DNA of 61,912 nucleotides, the filler included, from Globobulimina sp. (taxonomy: Eukaryota), in assembly GCA_003354225.1 (NCBI GenBank). It is 17 parts of 17 records of this genome, joined end to end, with 100 filler letters (N's around TTAATTAATTAA, not from the genome) between each part and the next. Parts side by side here need not be neighbours in the genome. Positions count along the whole stretch, not along the records: positions 47,436 to 50,980 come from PIVH01002539.1; positions 51,081 to 54,624 come from PIVH01002540.1; positions 54,725 to 58,268 come from PIVH01002541.1; positions 58,369 to 61,912 come from PIVH01002542.1; 13 more parts are not named here. One strand, written 5' to 3'. The translations under genes were made by a program, and so were the position numbers. This document shows positions 48,047 through 61,033 of this stretch, one piece after another. The notes under the pieces are model-generated. The model had not been told where the DNA came from. It made no database searches and saw nothing but the letters and a program-made list of their open reading frames with translations. The number at the start of each line of letters is the position of its first letter. Position 1 is the stretch's first letter.

Positions 48047-49917
48047 ATGGCAGCTACTGCACTGACTGAAGAAGATTGCAAAGAATATTTTGATGAACCA
48101 GAAGAATTGAAAGGGAAAATAAAAAAATTAGCTGAATTGGTGAAAAGAAGTCAACATTTCGTCGCATTTACTGGCGCTGGTATATAAATATTTATATTAT
48201 GATAACATTATGTGTATGGAAACTTAAAACAGGCATATCAACGAGCGCAGGAATAGCAGATTTCCGTTCAGGTATAAATACAATCTTAGATACCGGCGCA
48301 GGAGCATGGACTAAAAAAGCAGCAAAACAAAAAGGTCAAACTGTAAAAACAGCCAAACGTAAAGTCTCCACATTAAAAGCATACCCAACACCATCTCATA
48401 TGGCATTACTACAATTAATGAAAAGCGGTCATTTGAAATATTTAATCTCTCAAAATACGGATGGTTTACATCGACGATCTGGTATCCCACCCTCTCAACT
48501 ATCTGAATTGCACGGAAACAGCACATTGGAAAAATGCGCGAAATGCAATAAAGAATATTTGCGAGATTATCATTGTAGAAACAGAGTTGCTCGAAAACAA
48601 AGTAAAAAATTATCTGATGAACAAAAAATTGGCCGCTATAAACATATGACAGGCAGATATTGCACAGTTATTGGATGTAACGGAGATTTACAAGATTCTG
48701 TAGTTTCATTTGGTGAACATCTGCCTTTTGATCCACTAGCTTTAGCTCAGCAGAATTCAGACAAAGCGGATTTGTATTTATCATTAGGCTCATCGTTGGG
48801 TGTTACGCCGGCACGGGATATGCCAAAAGGAATTGGTAAGAAATGGTTGAAAGAAAAACGAAAAAAGCCACAGCAAACAACCACACATAATTTAGTTATT
48901 GTTAACTTACAGAAAACACCGTTGCATGGAAAATGCTCACTGCCTATTTTCGCAAAAATTGATGATGTTATGATTGGATTAATGAATGAATTGGATCTAG
49001 TAATACCACATTGGAATTTGCAACGATATATAAAAGTTAGTCTGAATGCGAATATTTTATCAGTTTGCGGTGTGGATAGTGATGGAACGCCATTTGAGGT
49101 ATTTAGGAAAATAACATTGTTATATCATAAAAAGGAAATAAAAGCAATCAAAAATGATGTTATTGCATTTGAATATGTTATACCAAAAAATATAGAAAAA
49201 GGGTTAAATATTTGGTTAGAATTTTATAAGAATTATAAAGAAGTGGATTTGTTGATAAATTTGAATGATTTGATGCCAGATTTAATGAAAAATGATGGAA
49301 AGAAAGGGATTATTTTACAATTGATGTTTGACCCTCGGCGTTGTAAATGGAATAAACCACAAATATGGAATGAGAATGATGAGTTAATGGATTTGAAGAA
49401 TGTGTGTTTGATGCAACTGTATAAGACATCATATGGTTATGACGGGAAAAATGCACTTTTATTTGGCAATAATAAAAAAAACGAATCATTGCTCTCACCG
49501 CAAAAAATAACCAAATATATTAGTTCAAATAAATGTAAAATATTATGGATTGATGGTAAAACGGGAAAGGAGGATCTCGCGACATATACAACATTCTATC
49601 ATCAATTTGGTTTATTATACTGTTATTATTTTGATTATTACGTGCCACAAATTAGAATAAAAATATTAAATAAAATTATGTTTACTACCAATGATAACAT
49701 TGTTGGCGATGAATTTGGGAAAATATTATATTTGATTTGTGAGTATGAAGGTGTTTGTAATTTATTGAATGATTTTATTCGAGGCGATTTTATGAATCCA
49801 TATCCATTTCATAAAAATTTAATGATTCAAAGAATGTTTCAACATTTGAATGAATTTTCAAACGAATGGCAAGAATTTATTAATACGTATTCAAGTCATA
49901 GACAAGTATCTGATTAA
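48047..49917 (+). CDS. Class IV sirtuin (SIRT6/7-like NAD-dependent deacylase) with C-terminal extension, 2 exons
   Basis: VAFTGAG|ISTSAGIADFR (intron 48180..48232), PTPSHMAL, ISQNTDGLHRRSG, ELHGN, Zn-binding CAKC...C..GC, LGSSL and IVNLQKTP. Confidence 0.92.
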
Positions 49918-50321
49918 TTTTATCTGTTTTGTTGTTTGTTTTTATGCGCTTTTGTGAGTTTTCCCCAAAAGTTTGTAAAACTGATTGGGATCTTTTTTGC
50001 ATGTATTGTGCTGTTTGTTTTTTAATTTTACGTCTTGCACTTTGAAAAAAAATGTGTTTGTATACAATCCGCTGATTTGGTATCACTTGAAAGGTTTTCA
50101 CAGAAAATCCACACAAAAAAACTAAAAGTTATCATACTTTAGAATAGGCGTGTTAGAAACACTTCGTTTTTAAAATTGCAGTTTGAATTCAAAACATTTC
50201 GTTTTTGAAATACTGCTATTACAAAATAGAAAGAGTGGATAGTAATTGGCAAAAAAGAAACAATATAGGTATCTTGGATCATCAATCAGACACTGAGATT
50301 TTGTTGCGGTCTTTGCCAGCG

Positions 50322-50412
50322 GTCATTATGTCTTTCCATAAAGTCATTGTGTCTTTCCACAACGTCAATGTATCTTTCTACAATCTGTCACTCTGTCTTT
50401 CCAGAGATGTCA
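50322..50412 (+). repeat. Degenerate 21-23-bp minisatellite, about 4 copies
   Basis: gtcattatgtctttccataaa / gtcattgtgtctttccacaac / gtcaatgtatctttctacaatct / gtcactctgtctttccagagat. Confidence 0.8.
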
Positions 50413-50451
50413 TCCCAAAGATACGACTAATAACAAGTTAAGAATCAAGTA

Positions 50452-50862
50452 TCAATGGAAATATTTGGATCTTTGATGTCAAGAACCAATGCCTGAAAGA
50501 TTGTGTCCTATATTGCTTCTTGTTTTGTTCAGTGCAATAATTAGCCATTGATAAGCTGCTGCAATGTAAACACATTTTACTTTATGGGATGTAAAAAATA
50601 AGCAGAACACAAAAAGTGCCTTTATTAAAAGTGATGTACTGTTCAACAATAATTCACACTCAACAAATATTGGTTTTAGTACACACCCAACAAGTTCTAC
50701 AGTAGAACCTTCTTATTTTTTACATCCCATAAAGTAAAATATGTTTACATTGCAGCAGTTTATCAATGGCTAATTATTGTACTGAACAAAACAAGAAGCA
50801 ATATAGGACACAATCTTTCAGGCATTGGTTCTTGACATCAAAGATCCAAATATTTCCATTGA
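50452..50862. repeat. 151-bp inverted repeat (arms 50452..50602 and 50712..50862, 109-bp spacer)
   Basis: The arms are reverse complements with 3 substitutions, read directly from the sequence. Confidence 0.93.
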
Positions 50863-51080
50863 ATTTGTTGATCTGTTCATCGTTCCAATAAATACTGCCG
50901 TTTTCAAATATTAAGTCTCCCGTAATAGGTAATGACGGCATTATATCATCTAAATTGAGTGTGAGTGTCTGACTGATGATNNNNNNNNNNNNNNNNNNNN
51001 NNNNNNNNNNNNNNNNNNNNNNNNTTAATTAATTAANNNNNNNNNNNNNNNNNNNNNNNNNNNNNNNNNNNNNNNNNNNN

Positions 51081-54000
51081 CATGAGCACATTATAACTGA
51101 CGATAAGCAGAAGGCCGACGTTATAGTGGAATATATGGACACTATCGGTCATGATTCAAATCCAATGTATGATAAATCGATAAAGAGATCGCGAAGTGAA
51201 GCACGTAAAATGGACAAACCGTATGATTTCAAACCCAAAATATGGGCAGAAATGGATCAGAAACACTTATCAAATCATCAGATTATGGCCACAAAGGAAT
51301 GGGTTGAAGCCTGTAATAAATTAACGGGCCCATTCAACAAAGCAGAATTCCATGCGGCTGTAAACAAAGCAAATCCAGGCAAAGCATATCATGGCATTGA
51401 ACATTTATGTCTGTTAAGACACGCTGAAAACCAAATTGTTGATATCTTCCTTTTTATTTTTGATTGGTGGAAGGATAATGGTGTCGTAACAAACAATATG
51501 AACCAACGTCTCATGAATCCACTGTTGAAGCCAGGAAAAGATCCGCGACTAATTGGCTCATTAAGGCCGTTGGAATATGGCCTAACAATATTTAAAATAT
51601 ACACTATGATGGTCTTTGCGAGAATTAATGAGTACGCAACCAAATTTAATTTATTATCAATACATCAATTTGCGTCTAAAATAGCATCCGGATCTGAGGA
51701 TTGCTTAATCGATATGATCACGGATATAAATGGCATGATTTCCAATGGATTCCCTGCAGTCTTAGCCTCAATGGATTCGAGCAGTGCGTACAACTCTATG
51801 TACCCTCCAATTATCGAAGACAAAATGGTTTATCATTGCGGATTTAATAAAAATGCATTAACTATGTTCAGATCATTGACAAGTAACGTAACGTCAGTAT
51901 GCAAAGTAAATAATACGATATCAAAGGTATTTGACCCTCTAAACTCGCTATTTTCCCAAGGATTTATACCTGCGGGTTTTAGTTGGTGTGTTTATGTCAA
52001 TCCGTGCGCAGTACATCTAAATAATAGATATATATTATACGATAAATGCAATCGGATTTTAGCTAAAATCCAGCCCAAAATATTAATGGACGACATAAAT
52101 TATTATATATTATTAAATAATGATAATAAATCGCTTAAATTGGACGCACGAATGGAATACAATGAAGCTACAATGGCAGACAAAATATCAATAAATGAAT
52201 TTATTAATCTCAAATCTAATAAGAGATATATGCATATATTACAAAAAATGCTCCCGATGCTACAAAAAGCGATTGATTATACACGAAATTATTTAAACAC
52301 CAACAACATTCCAACAAATAATGATAAATCGCACATAGTAACATTTCAGGATTGGTATTATCAGAAATTAATGCAATTTCAGGAAGAACACAAGCAAATT
52401 ATACCAATGATTGATAATATCCAGAGACTAATTGTAAAAAAGAATAAACTGCGAATATCCCAGCATAGCAAACCAATTTATGTAATAAAAAAGGATAAAT
52501 TAATAAACGCAATTAACAAAAGATACGGTATTGAATCATCCAAAAAAATAATGAAATATGCAATAAGAGAAAAAATTTGGTACAATCACAAATCAAATGA
52601 AGTAAAATGTATTATAATTTTAGATGAATACGAATACAGTCAATTTGCTGACAAACAAAAAGTAATAAATCATAAATTAAATGATTGGTTGATGAAATAC
52701 CGTAATTTTGATCTATCTATGAATGGAATTGATACTCATAAACATTCGAAAAGTTTCGTGATTTTGGGCATGGAATTGGACGATAAATGGTCATTTAAAT
52801 TGCACTCAGATAAAATGATAAAAAATATGAGAACAATTCGCCGTTCTTGCTATAAGTTAATATGTAGCAAAAAATTTAGAATCTCCGCCGGTGTCACAAA
52901 GTATTATATTGAATCTACGGCGATGGTCTTATTAAATTATGCGGGATCAACGTATTTAAATTTGAACAGTAATAATAAAATAAAGAATGAATATAATAAT
53001 TTGATGCGAACATTAAATCACAAATTGTATACATTGTCGGATTTAGAAAGAGCAAATTTTAATGGTTTTAATACATATGAAACATTCGTAAAAAAGATAA
53101 ATGCAAAGTCGTTCTCAAAATTAATGAGATATAATAAGAATAATGCTTTGTATAAAAAGAAACAAAAATTTATATCCGAAATAAAGCCATATTATCACCG
53201 AATTACCAATGAACATAACACCAGAGATAAATTCAAGAAAATACCGAAAGATAAAGCCAAAAATAATATATTTTGGCAATGGTATATGGCAGCGATTGAA
53301 TTAAAGTCAATGGACGCAATAACATATATTTGTGGCAATTTTGTAGAGCGATTTGGGTACAATTTCATCCCAACACCGATTCCAAAGTCTATGGTATTTA
53401 TTAAATATGAAAATATGTGGAAAGATGAATATGTCGACGTAAATAAGTTATATTTTGTACCGGATGGCTCGGTATATTTTTATGACAATGATCCAAAAAA
53501 TAGAATGTATGGAATTGGTGGCTGTGCAATGGTAATATACCACGGCCACAAAATAATAGATGAAATTGCGTTGCCTCTCAGCGTGAGAACGCATATAAAT
53601 ATCATGGAATTTTACATATTAACTGAGGCACTGAAATGGATAAACAACGAAGATAACGAACGCAAATATGTAAATAATGTGGATGGAATTGCAATAATTA
53701 CGGACAGCCAAAACTGTTTAAACATATTGTCGCAAAAACATATGCCATCCGACGATGTGATAATTAATCTGTACATAGCAGCAAATGATGAAATAGCGAA
53801 AATAGCAAAATCGGACTTCGTTAGCAATTTTATCAAAATGTATTGGGTGCATAGCCACTCAGAATCGAATCTAAATAATTTGGTTGATATGTTAGCAAAA
53901 TGTGCGGCAGGAATGGTAAAACTCCAATTTACCCAAAGAAAATACACCGAATTGGAACAAGAAGACGATGTAACCGAAGAAATCCAAAATAAAAATGATG

Positions 54001-54624
54001 ATAACTCCGATGAACACAAAGAAAATGACCTATTCAATGATAACAAATTGCCGCATGAATTAAATGGAAATCACAAATATTGGTTAAATCCAAACGAATT
54101 AATTGGATACAAAACAATCAAATCGGAGATAAGATTTTTAGCAAATAAATTAGATGAATCGCTATGGAATCAATACAGATATCACAACATAAATGTAATT
54201 GGGAAACATTATTATCAGTTAAAAATCCGATGGAATCCCAAGAAATACGCTGATGTCATACCACATATTACCACAATGGAGAATGATATCCGTGTAATGT
54301 GTATGGCAGAGCAACTACCATTAAATGCATATATGGTATACAAAGCAAATAATTACGTATACGATCCATGGTGTACCCAACATAGTGATTGTATACAACG
54401 TCGTAGTGATGAAACATTAATGCATTACATAAGTGAATGCAAAGCATTGCATTACATTGAACACCGTAAGTGTTTATATAATGCCATTGATGAAATCTAC
54501 AGTGGTTATAATCGCATGGCCACAAAGGAAAAAAACAAAGTGATCTTTGATAAAGAAGGCGATATTAATCACATACAGAAACATCTATTTTTCCCGCCCT
54601 TAAAACTCGACGTAAAGCTAAGAA
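51081..54624 (+). mobile_element. Non-LTR retrotransposon (LINE) ORF2: reverse transcriptase - RNase H - CCHC-like knuckle; both ends truncated
   Basis: Uninterrupted frame across the contig. RT motifs LKPGKD...LRPL, HQFA, MDSSSAYN, QGFIPAG, LMDD and ILG. RNase H D-E-D-D residues (DGS, IME, TDS, VDMLAK). C-x5-C...ET..H...C knuckle. Confidence 0.92.
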
Positions 54625-54724
54625 NNNNNNNNNNNNNNNNNNNNNNNNNNNNNNNNNNNNNNNNNNNNTTAATTAATTAANNNNNNNNNNNNNNNNNNNN
54701 NNNNNNNNNNNNNNNNNNNNNNNN

Positions 54725-57700
54725 ATTGAATATTTAGTGGATTATGACGTGATTATAAGTAAAACTAATGAGGAAGCAATAGCAACACTGCGTATATCAT
54801 TTAAACAGCAACATTATGATAAGCAACAATTATTGGATGACTTATGTAAAGCATTTGGTGATGGAGATGATGAACATTTAATTGTTTATAAAATATTATT
54901 TGGTGAATTCGATTTATTGCGAGATAAAAGACAGCAAATATATGATATATGGCTCCATAAATATTTCATAGTCAATGATTTCACCGTTGCGAATGTAATT
55001 GATTTATCACAGACATTTATTAAACAATTAAAATTAGACGACACTGTACCTATAGACCCATTTATTTCTGTTTTGGGGGAGAAACAATTGAATGGAGAGG
55101 CATTAGTCAGTAAACCAAGAAAAGAATTTGGTGCTTTATTTAAAACAAAAATGAGTGGAGTACCTGCCAGAGCCTTTAGTAGAGTGCATAACAAATTTGC
55201 AATGTGGAAACGGTGGAAACCAAAAAAAATCAAAAAAGGAAAAAAAGACAGCAAAAAACAACCTAAAATGATACACGAAGATAACAAATATGACGAGAAA
55301 GATGAAAATAAACAACAACTTATAATGAAACAAGAAGATAACAAATATGAAGATAGAGATACACCGATACCACATTGTAGACACTATGAAAAACAGAATG
55401 ATGACGATATGCTACCAACGTATATGTATAAAAGTGTTTAGTTATAAATATTTATATGAGTATAACCGTATATTTGCGAATATAAAATATATAAATACAG
55501 ATGTTCCATCATTCAGAAGATGAAACATTAGAAGTATTAATAGATACGGCAGTGTTAAAGGTGCTAGATCGAGGAATGTGGGACAATGAATTTTTTGTTA
55601 AGCAAATCTATAATGATGAAGAATATTACAAGGCAGTGAGCAAAGTGTATGAAGAAGTTGGAGGAAATCAATTTTTCAATGAGTTTATTAAAAAATATGC
55701 CAAGCGAGAATTGGAAGTTTGGAGAATTGAAAGAGAAGATTCAGAGCCTATTACTGATCCGAAGCAAATATATAAGATATTGCAATCAGTTGATTTTGAT
55801 GATTTAGCTGATGATGAATCGGATTATATCGATAAAGAAGAGTTTTTGCAGTATTTCCGAGAGCAAAATATGCGAATTAATGCGGATATATTAATGAACG
55901 TTTTTGCTGAAATCGATGAGATGAATACAAAATGTGAAATCGATATATTAATGAACGAAAAAGATCAAAAAATCACCCGAAATGAATACAAAATGTGGAA
56001 AAATGATATAAAGAAAAAAACTTTTTTAATTGAGAATGACGAAAAAGTGGAATTGGATCAACAATTCGATGCTATTGTTTATTGGAATAATAATGACAAC
56101 ATTTACGAAATACATGTACAGGGCGGGAAAAAACCCGTTTTTCTGGAAGAAATTATCCGAATTAACGGGAATAACCGCGATAACAATGATGTCTTTAAAT
56201 GGGCTCAGTTTGTTCCAAAAGCAAAATTAAAAAAACGATTTTTGAACCGGTGCAGGGGGAAAAAATTGGAAAGTTTAGGTTTGACCGTCAATGGAGAATG
56301 GCGAATAATTGATAATAATGAGGAACAATTACAACATTTAAATTTAATATTTGAGCTATTGCATCATTATTATTTGCTGCAAATTGACAAAAAATTAAAA
56401 AAAGATAACTCCATTTTGAGTGCGAGATATACTGACAAATCAACACAAGAATCGGATGAAAAAGTAAGTGATAAGAAAGTAATAATTAATATTGGCGGTG
56501 CAAAATATAAATTAATTTATTGGACTCACAAAGGAAGATATCAGACAAACGCAATAATAATATCAAGTATTGACGAGCTCGAGAATAAGTACGACGATTA
56601 TAATGAGACAAATTATATTCGATTTGATGCAGACCTCGAAACTCTAAAAGTAAAATGGGAATGGTATGACAATGATTCTGCAGTATTTAAACCAATGGGA
56701 TTCAATAAAAACGTATATTATAAGCCATTGCTTTATCAATTGGAAGTTTCATTTTTAGCGAATATTAAACATATTTTCGATCCAGATATATTTAATCAAA
56801 AATTTAATAATGTATTACTTTCTGAATTATCAAATTTTATGCGAAAGATATTGAAAATAAAAACAGGATCCGACCATTATATATTTGAGGCAACATTTGG
56901 TAAATTAGAATTATCGAATGTTATGATTGCGATGACCCAAAAAGGATTTAGATTTGGTGGCGGCGCTCCTTTTTCGAGGACGTTGAGGAGAATGGAAAAT
57001 GGAACAGATTCATTGCTAAAAGATGCACGCGATTCTGACTTATTTATTGAACGCATCAAACAAAATTATAAATTGTATACTCGCGCGCAACAGTTGTTTT
57101 TCTTTGCGTGTATTTTATCAGTTGCTGCTAAAATAAAATATATTGATATTGAATTTGCAAATCAATGCGTATTAATTCCACGGTGGAATGCAACAAAATT
57201 AATTCTACCGCGAAATGCAACACAATATAAAGTTAAACATAATACATTTGATGCTAAATATGTTCAGATAGATGTAGTTGATGCAAAAGCAAAACATAAT
57301 CGAGGAGCAGTCATTGCGAGCAGATATTTAACGTCAGAGTCGATGTCAGATATTTTACAGCCAGCATCACGACAAGCATATGTTCAGAGAGGAACGTTAA
57401 CTGATCAACCACGCTTATTTAGCAACGAAGAAGCTGTATTTTTGAGGTTTGCAGAGTGTATCAGGTACGCACAGACGGTACAGTATAATTATATTATTTG
57501 TTGAGAGCATATACTTAGTATAAAATATATAAACAGGAAATATGTTTTAGAATCAGAATTATTTAAGTCGGGCCTTGGTGTATCAATATGGCCGTGGTAT
57601 AGGAACTCGTTTCATTGCGCTGATGACAAATACAGAGATAGTGAAATGTACAAGGAATTGATGGTTAAATATAATTTGGTTTATAAATTTGGTACTGATG

Positions 57701-58268
57701 AAATGAGAGGGTTTTTGAGAAGGAGCGATGAATTGATTGCCACAAAAGTCCGACCAATTCGACATAAAAGAAAATTTGCGGCCAAACAATTGCTTAATGC
57801 AGCTGATACGGAAAGAAATTTAAATATAATGAAGCATCAATTAGATTTATGCTTGGATGGTATTCTTGGAAATTGTTTTGAGGAAAAAAAATATGATACA
57901 TTAATAGACAAATCGCTCAAAATTATTTCTAAAGAAAAATGGAAGACTGATGAAAGTTTGATGTTAAAGGATATACAAAAATATATACAGAACGGCAAAC
58001 TAATATGGAAACAAATAATAAAGACAATAAATGAGAAATATAAGAAACAATTTGAAGATAAATGCGATGAATATACATTATTTAAGCAACATTTAGAAAA
58101 TTTAAAAACTATTGATATCACTAAATGTAAGTTACCATTGTTTGAGCATTTCGTGTTTGAATTATTTGTGGCTGCGGATAAAAAAACATATGAACGAAAC
58201 AGTTATGCTTTTAAAGACATTGAAGAGTATTTTTATAGAATGTGGATTGAGGATTGGCGGGATGTGCC
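54725..58268 (+). CDS. Large multi-exon hypothetical protein with EF-hand-like and WWE-like motifs (both ends truncated)
   Basis: Introns 55436..55500 and 57465..57536 join the three long ORFs in frame. DDESDYIDKEEFLQYF and DQKITRNEY are EF-hand-like. VKWEWYDND..FKP is WWE-like. Confidence 0.6.
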
Positions 58269-58368
58269 NNNNNNNNNNNNNNNNNNNNNNNNNNNNNNNN
58301 NNNNNNNNNNNNTTAATTAATTAANNNNNNNNNNNNNNNNNNNNNNNNNNNNNNNNNNNNNNNNNNNN

Positions 58369-60020
58369 TCAGCATCTTTGCCCGCAAAAATTATATTTAT
58401 CTTTGAAGCCGAACAATCCATTAAACACAAAACAAACATTAACTGATATCCATTCGGAGTCTGTCTCGTAAATGTTTCTATATTTTGCGGATAAATGCTT
58501 TGCACTTTGCCGCGAATTCGAAATCTCATATTTGTCTCTTTTATGCTGAGCACTGTCTTTATCATCGAATAGGACTGATACCGATGATGCGGATTGATAT
58601 TCGACACACTGCTGACAACAGACACATTTCTCAAGATATTACCATACAAAGTATCCAATTTCTCATTTTCTATTTTGTGTTCGTACGAATCTGCTTTGAT
58701 TGGTGATGTTATTTTTGTTTTTCGATCGTAAACCAATATTTTCCTAGTTTTATCATACAAAATATCCTGTAAATACACCCAATTTCCAACATCAATCTCA
58801 TTGAAACACAGAATGGCGGTATGATAATCGGGAGAGATTAACAGTTTTGCGGCGGAGCCAATTATTTGCGGATTGATATATGTATTACCAATAAAACATG
58901 CATCTGCATTATTTGCCGCATCTTTTGCATCATAAACGGCCAATAAATGTTTATTTTGCTCACAATTCGAGCCATCCCACAAAATCCAATAAAATCTAAA
59001 GGCATTCTCATCAGAAACATTCTCATTTTCATCCATCAATATTCTGCCAATTATCATAACCACCAAATTCAATCTTTCTTTGCCAACTCCAATATCACTC
59101 AAATTGTCATAAATCAGCATATTTTTCTCATTGTCATTTGTGTCGATATTGTTATGATTGGTTTGCGACAGATTTTGAATGAAATATCGATCCAAATTTG
59201 TTAATTGACAGTTATTTATATTAATATTCGAACATCTTAAACTTGCATCCTTTGCGTCGATTACTTTCCATTCACAAATACATTCATTCAAAGCAGCCGT
59301 TCCTTGAAAGAATCCGCAATGAAAAGAGGTCCGCCATTTAATGGTTATTTTATTGAATGCAATGATATCAAACAAGAAACATTGCGGAAATCCAGTGTTT
59401 AAATGATGGAATAGCATAATTTCAAAGTCAAACGAAGAAACTGATAATGACAAATCCCGAATTCTTATTTGTTGCGAATATTTATGAATGCTGTAATGAC
59501 TCTTAATTGCTTTGATTGCGCCAATTTTGGTGATATATCCACACAAATTTGCATTGTTTCTCATTTCAAATATTTCGGAGAGTGGACACAAACTAATCTG
59601 TGATTGTAAATAATTATTATTCAGTTCGCTTAAATCATTTATTATATTCAATACGTTTGCTTTGGATAAATGGATACCATTCGCCCCACATATTCGATGT
59701 ATGTTTGTTTTGAATTCAATGAAGGCAGTCCTTGCCATATTATTTAAATCCACACAAAATGCTCCATTCGTATCCAAACCAATATTATTTAAAGTAATTG
59801 AGATTTGTGTATTTTTTAATTTGGATTTCCATAAAAATTGCATAATTTGAGACCATTCATCGTATAAATATGCTACGGTAAGACAGGTAACGTCGGTGTT
59901 GGTGGAGGGTGTATTCAAATCTTTATTTTGTGGGTTTAGGGTCAATTTACTTCGTCTGCGAGTATTAGAATCATTGCGTTCAACGCAACACTTTCGGATT
60001 AGGCCAGTATAGCTTGCCAT
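58369..60020 (-). CDS. POT1: POT1/TEBP-alpha-like single-stranded telomere-binding protein (3' truncated)
   Basis: OB1: ANLCGYI...IRIRDLS...IMLF...FPQ...DII. OB2: LNLVVMI...ILWDGS...VGNWVYLQDI. OB3: FRIRGKVQSIYP...MFVLCLMD...IIFAGKDA. Confidence 0.78.
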
Positions 60021-60151
60021 GCTTTGAGAGTGATGTAATCCTGAAAACGTTTACCAGTCTGAAATATGTTCACATTTAATTTATTAACACTTTACAATGG
60101 AATATGTTAAAGCTAGCGCAAGGAATATGAAATATTTTGCATGATTTAATA

Positions 60152-60862
60152 TTAATGCATTGTATTTATGTGTCTTTGTAAATCACATTTTCTGCGAAAG
60201 GGTTTGCCACAGTCATTACATGCAAATGGTTTTTCTCCCATATGGATTAACGCATGGTCTCTTAATCTGGATTTGTGCGCACATTTATATTTACAATATC
60301 CACACTGGAATTTCTCTTTTTTCTTTTTCTTTAATATACATCGTTTTGTTGTTGATGATTTTCTTAGTTTTGTACCACTGTTTGTATCCACATCATTTGT
60401 ATCCACAGCATTCACATTATTGGCTTCTCTCTTCTTTTTCAGTCGCATTGAATATCGGGTTGGTTTCTTTACTTTTTTGTCAATATTTTCTTCATCTTTT
60501 ACAGTTATTTGTATGTCCGGTGGTATGCTGTTGTTTGTTTGCAATAATATCATATTTTGGGATGAAATTGCTTGATTTGATGATGTATCGGCAAATGTAG
60601 AATCAATCGAATTATTGCTGATATTAATAGTATTATTGGTATTGTCATTAATCTCATTATTAACATTATTAGAATGCTCTTTGACTGAATGGCGAACTTT
60701 CTTTAATAAAATTTCAAATTGAGCGCGAATTCGTTGTGTGATTAATAATTTCTGTAACATCAATGTATTGAGTCGAGCAGCATATTTACATTCTAATTCT
60801 TGTATTAATAACTCCCTTTGTTTTATTATTTGCGTTTCATTGTGTTTCGAAAACTGGAACAT
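60152..60862 (-). CDS. C2H2 zinc-finger protein (two C-terminal fingers)
   Basis: FQCGYC...LRDHALIH-MGEKPF-ACNDCGKPF...LQRHINTMH, with a Kruppel-type linker. Confidence 0.9.
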   Translation of the reverse strand: MFQFSKHNETQIIKQRELLIQELECKYAARLNTLMLQKLLITQRIRAQFEILLKKVRHSVKEHSNNVNNEINDNTNNTINISNNSIDSTFADTSSNQAISSQNMILLQTNNSIPPDIQITVKDEENIDKKVKKPTRYSMRLKKKREANNVNAVDTNDVDTNSGTKLRKSSTTKRCILKKKKKEKFQCGYCKYKCAHKSRLRDHALIHMGEKPFACNDCGKPFRRKCDLQRHINTMH

Positions 60863-61033
60863 GATTCAAAGAGATTTTCACAGCAAACTAGTATTTAACC
60901 CACTTGCTTCAAGTTCAGTTGATGTGATTTAATTTTTGCCACAGCCTTTGTGAAAAAAAAAGCAAGCCAAACAAAAGAAAAACAAGCGTTCGCTAAAACG
61001 GATTGATATATGTCACAATATAATGACTTGTGG

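Noticed and set aside
50322-50412. Short periodic repeats as a CRISPR array (also aatcggacctatttatat x2 at 1709..1757)
   Set aside because: These are contiguous degenerate units without unique spacers, there are no cas genes, and the DNA is eukaryotic.
44078-54624. PARP + sirtuin + reverse transcriptase adjacency as an NAD-based defence island or retron-like system
   Set aside because: The three genes are on separate contigs ordered only by length, so the adjacency carries no biological information. The RT is LINE-type.
3553-58368. Regularly spaced TTAATTAATTAA motif every about 3.65 kb, as a possible array or chromosome-breakage signal
   Set aside because: It is embedded in fixed N runs and is a six-frame-stop linker used to concatenate contigs. 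ORFs running into it (ending X...LIN) are artefactual at that end.
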